A stretch of 63,943 nt of DNA, the filler included, from Octopus bimaculoides (taxonomy: Eukaryota): assembly GCF_001194135.2 (NCBI RefSeq). It is 7 parts of 7 records of this genome, joined end to end, with 100 filler letters (N's around TTAATTAATTAA, not from the genome) between each part and the next. Parts side by side here need not be neighbours in the genome. Positions count along the whole stretch, not along the records: positions 9,295 to 20,874 come from NC_069006.1; positions 20,975 to 28,684 come from NC_069009.1; 5 more parts are not named here. One strand, written 5' to 3'. The notes under the pieces are model-generated. The model worked only from the letters and a program-made list of their open reading frames with translations. It was not told the DNA's origin and made no database searches. Below are positions 12,216 through 22,670 of this stretch, one piece after another. The number at the start of each line of letters is the position of its first letter. Position 1 is the first letter of the stretch. The position numbers and the translations under genes are program-made.

Positions 12216-12284
12216 GCATAGTGGTTAAGAGTACGGGCTACTAACCCCCAAGATTCCAAGTTCGATTCTAGCCAGTGACCTGAA
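12216..12284 (+). pseudogene. tRNA-like pol III head (not a functional tRNA)
   Basis: TAGTGGTTAAG (A-box-like), loop CTACTAA, AGTTCGATTC (B-box-like); acceptor stem incomplete. Confidence 0.7.
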
Positions 12285-12354
12285 TAATAATAATAATAAT
12301 AATGACATTGAAAAATACCTTAGGAATAAGAACCCAGGTTTGAAATTTCCCCAA

Positions 12355-12400
12355 GACACCTAATGAAGGCTGGAGGGTATATCAGCCAAAATGTTGTGTT
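12355..12400 (+). ncRNA. Degenerate minimal type-I hammerhead ribozyme
   Basis: GACAC-CTAATGA-A-GGCTG..CAGCC-AAAA-TGTT-GTGTT. Stems I and II are intact; the core has G5>A and G12>A, so it is probably inactive. Confidence 0.65.
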
Positions 12401-12809
12401 AACAACAAACAAGATGAGGACAAATATCCGTCAAATGTAAATAATGTAAAAACTTCTATGTCCCTAACACCAGCTTAATAGTGACAGTTATTTTATGAAA
12501 TTCTTCATTGTTTTCAAAATACTTTGAAACAAAGAAATATGACAATAAAAGATTTAAACATAAATACTAAGTGAATAAATTATCAAATGATGGGGGAATT
12601 GAAATTTTTGAAAGTTTCAGTATTCTTGTTGAAAAATAATGAAACAAGCATTCTGTTGAGTGGTTGATGTTAGGAAGAGCATCCAACCAGAAAAACCCTG
12701 CCTAAACAGTGTAGCTTAGGGTAGCTTTTCTACCTGGTCAGCTCCTGTGAACCATCCTACCCATGCATGCATAGAAGAGGGACATTGAACGATGATGATG
12801 ATGATGATG

Positions 12810-13385
12810 AAGCACAGCTGAGAAGTAAGAATTTTGCTTCCCACTACCTCATTCTGAATTCAGTCCCACTTCATGGCAGCTTGCGCAATTGTCTTCTACC
12901 CATGTCGACCAAAGCTTTGCGAGAAGCCCTGTGTGTGTGTGTTATTTTTTTATTACCCACAAGGATAAACATAGAGGGGACAAACAAGGACAGACAAAGA
13001 GATTAAGTCGATTACATCAACCCCAGTGCGTAACTGGTACTTAATCTATCGACCCCAAAAAGATAAAAGGCAAAGTCATCCTCAGCAGAATTTAAACTCA
13101 GAACATAAAGACAGACGGAATACCGCCAAGCATTTCGCCCAGCGTGCTAACGTTTCCACCAGTTCGCCACCTTGTGTGTGTGTGTATGTTTGTACTCCAA
13201 CACTGCTTGATGACCAGTGTTGGTTTGTTTATGTCCTTGTAACTTAGCAGTTTGGCAAAAGGGTCTGAATAACTACAGCCAGGCTTTGGGGAAAAAAAAA
13301 GTCCCAGGGTTGTTATGTTTGACTAAAACCCATCAAGGTGGTACCCCAGCACCACCACAGTCCAGTAAGTGAAACAAGAACTAAA
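12810..13385 (+). mobile_element. Old CORE-type SINE with a Meta-type SINE nested in its central (GT)n
   Basis: Degenerate head at 12810-12930 and tail at 13180-13385 flank the minus-strand SINE. Confidence 0.65.
12942..13171 (-). mobile_element. Full-length Meta-type tRNA-SINE with ..CCTTGTGGGTAATAAAA tail
   Basis: Head, central domain and 3' tail are all readable. Confidence 0.85.
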
Positions 13386-14144
13386 ATATGGATCATATTG
13401 AATGAAATAACAATGAAATGGTTGTTTTTAGAGGATTAATTTAAGGAAACCATGGCCGGATATATTTTTATTTCTCCCCAGTACCTGACCATGTGATTGT
13501 TGTTGGTCATTTGTCTTTTAACTATCATCATGTGGATGTAAAGGGGAGAAAGAGAGAGGAGTCAACAAGGACCACTTACCTTACAATAGGACCATTGTTT
13601 CCTGAGAACAATCCCCCACAGTCTTTTATCTTTGAAGACAGTAAGTTGTGATTTGAATGAAATTTTCCTGCTATTTCTAGCCATTTGGGTGACCATGTAA
13701 ATGCTCTCTCCTTGGAATTTGGTCTTTTTGCAATTTTTTTTTTATGGCAACAATTCTTGAAAGTATTCCAAAGCGTTGGCCATCAGACCAGCAGTAGCTA
13801 ACCATTTAAATATTAACTACAGACAGTCTCTATATTATGGAATTACACATTCCTGAAGAAAATCTGGTTGTAACAAGTCTGCAGCATGAAATATATTTTA
13901 CCATTGATTTCCATCTTATAGATTGATGTTCCAGTGGAATTTACCCCCCCCCCCCCAAAAAAGTTAGAGAGAGGGAGAGAGGCACAGGCATGGCTCTGTG
14001 ATTAAGTTCTCTTTTGCAACCATGTGGTTTTTGGTTCAATCCCATTGCCCAGCACCTTCCATTGACCAATGCCTTGTGTGTGTATTTAGTTGAGAGAAAC
14101 TGACTGGAAGCTCTTGTTTTCTTGTGTGTGTATATTACTATTAC

Positions 14145-14187
<43 letters not shown>

Positions 14188-14189
<2 letters not shown>

Positions 14190-14886
14190 AGGCTGTTGGC
14201 AGAATTGTTAGCATGCTGTCCAAAATATTTGTTGGTATTTTGTCTGTCTTTACATTCTGAGTTCAAATCCTGCTGAGGTCAACTTTGACCTTCATCCTTT
14301 CAGGGTTGAGAAATTAAGTACCAGTCAAACATTGGGGTCGACGTAATCGACTGGTCCCCTCCCTGCTAAATTTCAGACCTTGGAACTATAGTAGAAAGGA
14401 TTATTATCAAGGCTGCAAGCTGCTAAAATCATTAGCATGTTGAGTAAAATGCTTAGCGGCATTTCATCTGTCTTTATGTTCTGAGTTCAAATTCCACTGT
14501 GGTCGACTTCGCCTTCCATCCTTTTGGGGTCGCTAAAGTCAGTACCAGTTACACACTGGGGTTGATGTAATTGACTTACCAATCCTCCAAAGCTACTGGC
14601 CTTGTGCCAAATTTTGAAGTCATTGTCATTATTATTATCATTATTATTATTATTGAGTGAGAGAGCAGTGCATGCCATCAAAGTGACACTGGGATAAAAT
14701 ATACGAAGCCCATTATACCCATCATGACTACCCATCTGATAAGGGTACACCAGGCACATGCAACACAACCATATGTGTGCAACATGGTGAGCTGGTAGAA
14801 TTGTTAACATACTATGTTAACATAGTGGTATTTCGTCAGTCACTACATTCAAAGTTCAAATTCTGCTGGGGTCAACCTTGCCTTTC
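14188..14886 (+). mobile_element. Head-to-tail stack of three Meta-type SINEs joined by (TTA)n, plus a minus-strand 3'-tail repeat at about 14655-14790
   Basis: Heads at about 14188, 14410 and 14787; central domain GAGTTCAAA..GGTCGACTT..CCTT..CATCCTTT repeated. Confidence 0.75.
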
Positions 14887-15191
14887 NNNNNNNNNNNNNN
14901 NNNNNNNNNNNNNNNNNNNNNNNNNNNNNNNNNNNNNNNNNNNNNNNNNNNNNNNNNNNNNNNNNNNNNNNNNNNNNNNNNNNNNNNNNNNNNNNNNNNN
15001 NNNNNNNNNNNNNNNNNNNNNNNNNNNNNNNNNNNNNNNNNNNNNNNNNNNNNNNNNNNNNNNNNNNNNNNNNNNNNNNNNNNNNNNNNNNNNNNNNNNN
15101 NNNNNNNNNNNNNNNNNNNNNNNNNNNNNNNNNNNNNNNNNNNNNNNNNNNNNNNNNNNNNNNNNNNNNNNNNNNNNNNNNNNNNNNNNNN

Positions 15192-15340
15192 ACTCCAGGA
15201 CTTATTTTTTGTAAGCCTAGTACTTATTCTATTGGTCTCTTTTGCCAAACCGCTTAGTTACGGGGACGTAAACACACCAGTATCGGTTGTCAAGCGATGT
15301 TGGGGGGGACAAGCGAAGACATACAAACATATACACACAC

Positions 15341-15375
<35 letters not shown>

Positions 15376-15537
15376 CACAACGGGCTTCTTTCAATTTCCG
15401 TCTACCAAATCCACTCACAAGGCTTTGGTCAGCCCGAGGCTATAGTAGAAGACACTTGCCCAAGGTGCCATGCAGTGGGACTGAACCCAGAACCATGTGG
15501 TTCGTAAGCAAGCTACTTACCACACAGCCACTCCTAC
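15192..15537 (-). mobile_element. CORE-type tRNA-SINE (family A)
   Basis: Minus-strand head GGAGTGGCTGTGTGGTAAG..GGTTCAGTCCC followed by CORE-like ACCTTGGGCAAGTGTCTT. Confidence 0.9.
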
Positions 15538-15922
15538 GTTAACTGCGTTTAATGCATTGAATGAAGTGAACAAACCATCTTGTTTTTAAGTGCTTGATAA
15601 ATGGCAGAATAAATTGATATTTCAATCAGGAATCCCTGGGGAGTTCTATTTATTAAGGCTGTTTGTGGATTTTATTATGTCTATTCTCTCTTAACCGATT
15701 GTCTACTATACAACTTGTTGAAAATTTTACTACATAGTATATACCCCCCACACACACACACACACACACATACACAACAAGCTTCTACACAGTTTCCATC
15801 CACCACAGTCATTCGCAAGGCTTTGGCTGGCCCTGACTGAGCTATAGTAGAAGACACGTGCCCAAGGTGCTGCACAGTGGGACTGAACTCAAAACGATGC
15901 GGTTGGGAAGCAAACTTCTTGC

Positions 15923-15953
<31 letters not shown>

Positions 15954-16366
15954 GCATGCACACACACACACACACACACATACCTTTTGTTGTAGTATCT
16001 GACACAAATAAAAAAAAAGCAGGTATGGTCCTGGTTGGATTAATTTTGATCATAGGTCTGCTCTCAATCAAGATTGTTCGAGGGGTGGGGGCTAAGCAAC
16101 AAGAACAAGTGGTTGTTTTTTTTTTATTTTTGATTGACATTCTCCCTGTGGGGCTTCTCAATGTTGTTGTTTTGTCTCTGTTGAAAACATTTTCTCTTTT
16201 GTCCCTCCTCCCCTCCTGGGGGGGGGGAGTCTATGATCTGTGGAGGGTGGAGGACTCTTGGCCCTCCACCTGCCCCACGCCTGTAATTCACTCCATACTT
16301 CATGACTTGTAAACTTTTAGCTAAAGGTTATCTCATTGCTGTGTTGACATATAAACAGAGAACATA

Positions 16367-16404
<38 letters not shown>

Positions 16405-16708
16405 CTGGCTGTTGTGGGTGTGTGTGTGTGTATGAGTATCTGTCAATTTGTCTCTATGTGCAAAATAGAAGTGTGTGTGTTCATACTTTTTTTTATCTTT
16501 TCATTCATTGAACCAAGCCCATACTGGGGCACTTGCCTTGAAGGGTTTTGTCAAACAAATCAACCCCAGTATTCATTTTTTTCTTTAATCTTCATACTTA
16601 TTTGGCAAAACTACTAAGTTATGGGGACATAAACAAACCAACACCGGTTGTCAATGAGTGATGTGGGACAAGCACAGACACCTCCTCCCACCACACACAC
16701 ATGTGCAA

Positions 16709-16904
16709 GAGGGTGCTGAAAAGTTCCTGATTTGAGTAAAAGAAAATACTGGGAGATCAGTTATGATATTATTCAACATATTCCCCTCTCACATTCAAAC
16801 ATTTATTGCAGTGGTCCTTCTAAGCCCTGTAAAAGAACTCGGAAGGTTGGGCTTTGAACCAGGCCTCTTGTGATATCCTTAAAGCCAGGATCTTTTCAGC
16901 ACCC
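16709..16904. mobile_element. Mariner-derived MITE
   Basis: TIRs GGGTGCTGAAAAGTTCCTG and CAGGATCTTTTCAGCACCC; homologous to 53808-54015. Confidence 0.75.
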
Positions 16905-17110
16905 ACTATTCTTTTATTCTTTTATTTGTCGTTTGACTGCGGCCATGCTCGAGCACCGCCTTTAGTCAAACAAATCGACCCCAGGACTTATTCTTTGTTA
17001 GCCGAGTACTTATTCTATCGGTCTCTTATGCCAAACCACTGAGTTACAGGGATGTAAACACACCAACATCAGTTGTCAAGCGATAGTGGGAGGACAAACA
17101 CACACACAAA
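16905..17110 (-). mobile_element. CORE-type SINE, 3' half
   Basis: TTTGACTGCGGCCATGCT..CAAATCGACCCCAGGACTTATTC. Confidence 0.8.
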
Positions 17111-17133
17111 CATATACATACACATACATATGT

Positions 17134-17171
<38 letters not shown>

Positions 17172-17194
17172 CTATGTATATATATATATGTGTG

Positions 17195-17226
<32 letters not shown>

Positions 17227-17848
17227 NNNNNNNNNNNNNNNNNNNNNNNNNNNNNNNNNNNNNNNNNNNNNNNNNNNNNNNNNNNNNNNNNNNNNNNNNN
17301 NNNNNNNNNNNNNNNNNNNNNNNNNNNNNNNNNNNNNNNNNNNNNNNNNNNNNNNNNNNNNNNNNNNNNNNNNNNNNNNNNNNNNNNNNNNNNNNNNNNN
17401 NNNNNNNNNNNNNNNNNNNNNNNNNNNNNNNNNNNNNNNNNNNNNNNNNNNNNNNNNNNNNNNNNNNNNNNNNNNNNNNNNNNNNNNNNNNNNNNNNNNN
17501 NNNNNNNNNNNNNNNNNNNNNNNNNNNNNNNNNNNNNNNNNNNNNNNNNNNNNNNNNNNNNNNNNNNNNNNNNNNNNNNNNNNNNNNNNNNNNNNNNNNN
17601 NNNNNNNNNNNNNNNNNNNNNNNNNNNNNNNNNNNNNNNNNNNNNNNNNNNNNNNNNNNNNNNNNNNNNNNNNNNNNNNNNNNNNNNNNNNNNNNNNNNN
17701 NNNNNNNNNNNNNNNNNNNNNNNNNNNNNNNNNNNNNNNNNNNNNNNNNNNNNNNNNNNNNNNNNNNNNNNNNNNNNNNNNNNNNNNNNNNNNNNNNNNN
17801 NNNNNNNNNNNNNNNNNNNNNNNNNNNNNNNNNNNNNNNNNNNNNNNN

Positions 17849-17890
<42 letters not shown>

Positions 17891-18376
17891 TTTGCTTGTT
17901 TATATGTGCTTATAGGAGTATCTGTGTATGTATGTATACAGTAAGGTAGTATATGTTTGTGTGTGAGTGTGTATACATACATTTTATTATGTACACAGAG
18001 ATAGTGGCAAATATATGCACGCACACAACTACTACACATTATACATTGCACTTTAGTACACATTACACATCCAGCTCTACTTCCTGTCATAGCACTGGAT
18101 ATTTATAATATAAATGTGTTAATGTATAAGCATTAGTGTGTAGGTTTGTATCCCTGTACACACACACACACACACACATAAACACATTCTTACATACACA
18201 GATACACATGAACATGCAAACATTCAATGTATAGACACGTAGATATTTGAGAGTGACTGATAAACAGTGAGCTTTCAATCTCATACCTAATGTTTCACAC
18301 AGATGCCTAACCTTGTAGCCTTGTACAGTCATTTATATGAATTTGATTTAGTCATCATATACAATGGATATGTGTT

Positions 18377-18440
<64 letters not shown>

Positions 18441-18459
18441 CTTTATTTAAAAGCAGCAG

Positions 18460-18547
18460 AAATATAACAAAAAAAACGTTACTCTGAGTTTCACGTTCCC
18501 GTTCATGGGAACGTGAAACTCAGAGTAACGGTTTTTTTGTTATATTT
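18460..18547. repeat. 41-bp fold-back (40/41 identical, 6-nt loop) containing a truncated hammerhead core
   Basis: Arms 18460-18500 and 18507-18547; the minus strand reads ATGA-ACG-GGAA-CGT-GAAA-CTCAGAG-TA. Confidence 0.85.
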
Positions 18548-19011
18548 NNNNNNNNNNNNNNNNNNNNNNNNNNNNNNNNNNNNNNNNNNNNNNNNNNNNN
18601 NNNNNNNNNNNNNNNNNNNNNNNNNNNNNNNNNNNNNNNNNNNNNNNNNNNNNNNNNNNNNNNNNNNNNNNNNNNNNNNNNNNNNNNNNNNNNNNNNNNN
18701 NNNNNNNNNNNNNNNNNNNNNNNNNNNNNNNNNNNNNNNNNNNNNNNNNNNNNNNNNNNNNNNNNNNNNNNNNNNNNNNNNNNNNNNNNNNNNNNNNNNN
18801 NNNNNNNNNNNNNNNNNNNNNNNNNNNNNNNNNNNNNNNNNNNNNNNNNNNNNNNNNNNNNNNNNNNNNNNNNNNNNNNNNNNNNNNNNNNNNNNNNNNN
18901 NNNNNNNNNNNNNNNNNNNNNNNNNNNNNNNNNNNNNNNNNNNNNNNNNNNNNNNNNNNNNNNNNNNNNNNNNNNNNNNNNNNNNNNNNNNNNNNNNNNN
19001 NNNNNNNNNNN

Positions 19012-19272
19012 ACGTGTCACCCGCACGAAAACGGCCACGCTCGAAATGGTGTCTTTTATGTGCCACCCGCACAAGCCAGTCCAGGGGCACTGGCAACGAT
19101 CTCGCTCGAAAATCCTACAGGAGCCAGTCAGGCGGTACTGGCAACGGCCACGCTCAAAATGGTGCATCTCATGTGCCACCCGCACAAGAACCAGTCCAGG
19201 GGCACTGGCAACGATCTTACTTGGCTTGCCGGGTCTTCTCACGCACAGCACATTTCCAAAGGTCTCGGTCAG
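19012..19272 (-). mobile_element. RTE-clade LINE 3' end with tandemly repeated 3' UTR
   Basis: TTDRDLWKCAVREKTRQAK-stop, then two copies of a ~105-bp unit containing GTGCCACCCGCACAAG..CAGTCCAGGGGCACTGGCAACGATCT. Confidence 0.7.
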
Positions 19273-19914
19273 TAGTCAAGGTCTCAATATGTATGTAATA
19301 TTTTAGACTAATGACTATATCTTAGTGTGTTGAGTAAAGCACTGGCACACTTTCAGCCACCTGATGTCATCTGCAGTTGGGGTATATCTCCTTTGGATCC
19401 ACTTCAGGAACTCTGCAGTGTTAGTTGAGATAATAATCGATTAAGTAAACAGAAGGTGGAATGTGGCATAAGTCTTTATTTTTGTACTATGACTGTTTTG
19501 CTCAGGAATACAATGCATCACCCTGGTCTGAGGATTGAACCCACAATCTGGAAATCGTGAGTGCAACACCCTCACCATTAGGCTACATAGCTTCACACAC
19601 ACACATCTTGCACACACACACACACACTCACACACACATACATATCTATCTATCTTTATCTCTCTCTCTCTATATATATATATACACACACACACATATA
19701 CATACATACATACATACATCTTTCTCTATATATCAATATATCAATATATATATATATATATTTAATTATATGTATTTATTTTATCCTAATAAATAATAAT
19801 TCGGGTAGAATAAATGGGTTAATAGAAACCAAGGTAGCAAAGATCACAAAATAACTGTGGTGTAATTCCTGTTGGTGAGGCAGAAACTCCTTGATATTTT
19901 GGGTATTTGAGTAT

Positions 19915-20165
19915 ATATGAAAATTTAAGGAATGGAGTAAACGCATGTTATAACTGCATACTTTATTTCGACATATGTTTCGAAGAATTACAATTTATGC
20001 GATCCATAGGAATCGCCGATGTTAAAAATGTAAACTTCTCCTCAGGGAAATGCATGGGAATCATCTTAAACGTAAGACATTATGACCAAGTATAATGAGT
20101 CATTATACTCGAAATAAAGTATGCAGCTATAACATGCGTTTTCTCCATTCCTTAAATTTTTATAT
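19915..20165. repeat. Fold-back element with 57-bp arms (54/57) enclosing a hammerhead
   Basis: Arms 19915-19971 and 20109-20165. Confidence 0.9.
19962..20052 (-). ncRNA. Type-I hammerhead ribozyme with canonical core and GUC site
   Basis: CTGAGGA (20045-20039), GAAG/CTTC extended stem II, GAAA, palindromic stem III ACATATGT, C17 at 19970, stem I ATTTCC/GAAAT with one bulge. Confidence 0.8.
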
Positions 20166-20342
20166 ATATATATAATCTACCTATATAGATATATCTATAT
20201 GAGAGGTTTTGGTATCCAGAGGACCTAAAAGGCAGGTAAGGCTATGTAAGTGCTACAGAAGGACTTTCCTATATCTCTCTCTTTCCAGATTAACTTCTTA
20301 TATTGAACTCTACTATTTCCTTCTGTTTAACTCTCTCATATT

Positions 20343-20390
20343 GCCTCTGATGAAGGGATATCCCTCATAGCCCGGAAACAGTTGTAAGAC
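20343..20390 (+). ncRNA. Minimal type-I hammerhead-like motif in a pseudo-LTR-like block (about 20200-20450)
   Basis: GCCT-CTGATGA-A-GGG..CCC-G-GAAA-CAGTTG-TA|AGAC. Confidence 0.6.
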
Positions 20391-20569
20391 TACCTCTCTC
20401 TTTATAAATGTCCTAGAAATTTCACACTTCCTTGTCTTTGTTATCTTTTATTCAACACACACACACGTGTGTGTGTGTGGGAAATAATTGAAATTCAGTT
20501 GAATTAGGTACTTAAGTTGAAGCACCAAACCTTTGTGTTATTATCTGTACAACTCGAAGTAAGGTGAAT

Positions 20570-20732
20570 AAAATCAAAATAAACAACAGGATATCAAGTA
20601 GTGATGCAGTTCAACCATTTCAAGTGGTATCATCATCACCACCACCACCACCACCACCACCACCATAAATGGAACCGCTTGAAATGGTCGTACTGCATCA
20701 CTACTTGATATCCTGTTGCTTATTTTGATTTT
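20570..20732. repeat. 59-bp inverted repeat (55/59) around a (CAC)n spacer
   Basis: Arms 20570-20628 and 20674-20732. Confidence 0.9.
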
Positions 20733-20782
20733 ATATATAATCTGAAGAATCTATTAGAGTAGATGCAAGCGCTAATATATGA
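20733..20782 (+). ncRNA. Degenerate minimal hammerhead (A13>C)
   Basis: CTGAAGA-ATCTA-ttagag-TAGAT-GCAA with palindromic AGCGCT and A17. Confidence 0.55.
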
Positions 20783-20874
20783 TTTATAAAAACATGTGAC
20801 ATATTAATAAAAATCTGTAAATGTACAGCCATCCGGATCTCTGAGTACCTTATTATTTTTTCTAATATATATAT

Positions 20875-20974
20875 NNNNNNNNNNNNNNNNNNNNNNNNNN
20901 NNNNNNNNNNNNNNNNNNTTAATTAATTAANNNNNNNNNNNNNNNNNNNNNNNNNNNNNNNNNNNNNNNNNNNN
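20875..20974. other. Artificial scaffold linker
   Basis: TTAATTAATTAA at 20919-20930 between N runs. Confidence 0.95.
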
Positions 20975-21689
20975 GGAGAGAGAGTTACATACGTAGTGTG
21001 TCTCGGACATCAAAGAAGTTGACCATATGTGTCACATGGTCGATGCTGACCAATCAGCAAGGTGCATTGAAATCATACGCAGCTGGGCCAAACCGTCGCC
21101 CCATTACCCAAACGAGCCACTACCACCCCCGCTCTCGACTAGACCCTGTGACAACTCTGGTCGCTCATTGGACCGAACCAAGGATGGGGACATGTCGAAC
21201 CAACCAAGCAACCAACAAGATTTATTATTATTATTATTATTATTCATTGAAGCGGAAGGCGAAAGCAAGGAGAGAGGAAGTGAAACAGATGGTGACATGA
21301 AAGCGTTGATGTGTGTGTGTGAGAGAGAGAGAGAGAGCAGCAGCAGAGGCAGCAGTAGCAACCCTAAAATTTGGGGAGTAGGGGAGAGGCCTGACCCTTT
21401 AGTTGGTGTCGCCTGTGTGGTTGGATATGAGAGAGGTGTCACGGGTATCCTGGTGGCTTTTACGTTTTTGTTCTTCCTGTGAAGTTGTCTCCTATTTTAT
21501 TTGTTTAATATTTTTTGCACGCATGCGCACACGCTTATACTGACTGGAGTAGTATTGGTTGCAGTTACAGGTGTACGGTCCTTTGTACTGAAACAGTAGG
21601 TGCAAAATACTGCACAATGCACATGTTTATAAAACGGGTGGCATAGTTGTTAGGGCGTTTGGCTAACGATCAGCACAAGGCGAGTAATT

Positions 21690-21805
21690 TCGGGAGAATG
21701 CTAAGTCGATCACATCGACCGTAGTGCTCAACTGGTACTTATTTTATCAACCCCGAAAGGATGAAAGGCAAAGTCGACCTCGGCGGAATTTGAACTCGGA
21801 ACGTG
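21690..21805 (-). mobile_element. Meta-type SINE fragment
   Basis: ACTGGTACTTATTTTATCAACCCCGAAAGGATGAAAGGCAAAGTCGACCTCGGCGG. Confidence 0.8.
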
Positions 21806-22310
21806 AAGTGATCCCGAAACTAAAATATAGCGTTTAAAGATAACGCGACTATTTCAGAAATAAAAGTCATGCATTACGGTTTAATAATATTAATTTAAAT
21901 TTAGAGATACGAATATCAAATGAGTGCAAAGATATTAATAGTCGAATTAAGAAGATATTGAATTCGATTCGGAGGTCATCTAAAAAGGTATATGAAATAA
22001 ATTGGGTGGAAGGTACGGAGTGAAAAATGTTTGAGGATGGAAAAAAGTATGAAAATACTTAAGGAAATTCCTTTAGATTGGATTAGTATATCTGATAAAT
22101 TGATTAGAAAATATCGATTAAGGAATTACAACTGGAATATAAATGAATCAGCTAGGATTAATTCAAATCTGCATGTGCGTGTGTATAGTTGTCTATAACG
22201 CAGTAGGTTATATCTGCGAGTCACCGTTGAAATTTAAGTCGTGGAAATCGAGAGGGCATTTGAGAGGTACAGGGTTCGATTCTGTGTAGCGGCTTGCTGG
22301 CCTCTTTTAG

Positions 22311-22670
22311 AAGCGCAGGTGTGGCTGTGTTGTAAGAAGTTTGCTTCCCAACTACATGGGCCCGGTTTCAGCGTCTCCTATTATAGCCTCGGACCGACCA
22401 AAGCCTTGCGAATGGATTTGGTGGACGGAAACTGAAAGAAACTCGTCGTGTGTGTGTGTGTGTTTGTCCCTCACCACCGCTTAACACCCGGTGTTCGCGT
22501 GTTTACGTCCCCGTAACTTAGCAGTTCGACAAAGAGGTCGATAGAAAAAGTACCAGTAAGTACTAGGCTTTACCAAAAAAAAAAATAAGTGCTGGGATCG
22601 ATTCATTCAACTAAATATTCTCCAAGACGGTAGCCCCAGCATGGTCCGTAGTCTTATGACTAAAATAAAA
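22311..22670 (+). mobile_element. CORE-type SINE, degenerate
   Basis: GCGCAGGTGTGGCTGTGTTGTAAG.. through CCCCAGCATGG. Confidence 0.75.

Larger units (their letters stand above)
11152..12455. mobile_element. Head-to-head palindromic element: hammerhead(rc)-(TAT)n-tRNA-like(rc) | tRNA-like-(AAT)n-hammerhead
   Basis: 11152-11249 is the reverse complement of about 12285-12380, and 12140-12210 is the reverse complement of 12216-12287, once the 11250-12111 insertion is removed. Confidence 0.85.

Noticed and set aside
12216-12284. Functional tRNA gene (also the SINE heads at 5420-5501, 25230-25300 and 35941-36010)
   Set aside because: A/B boxes are present but acceptor stems are incomplete, and each continues into a repeat body.
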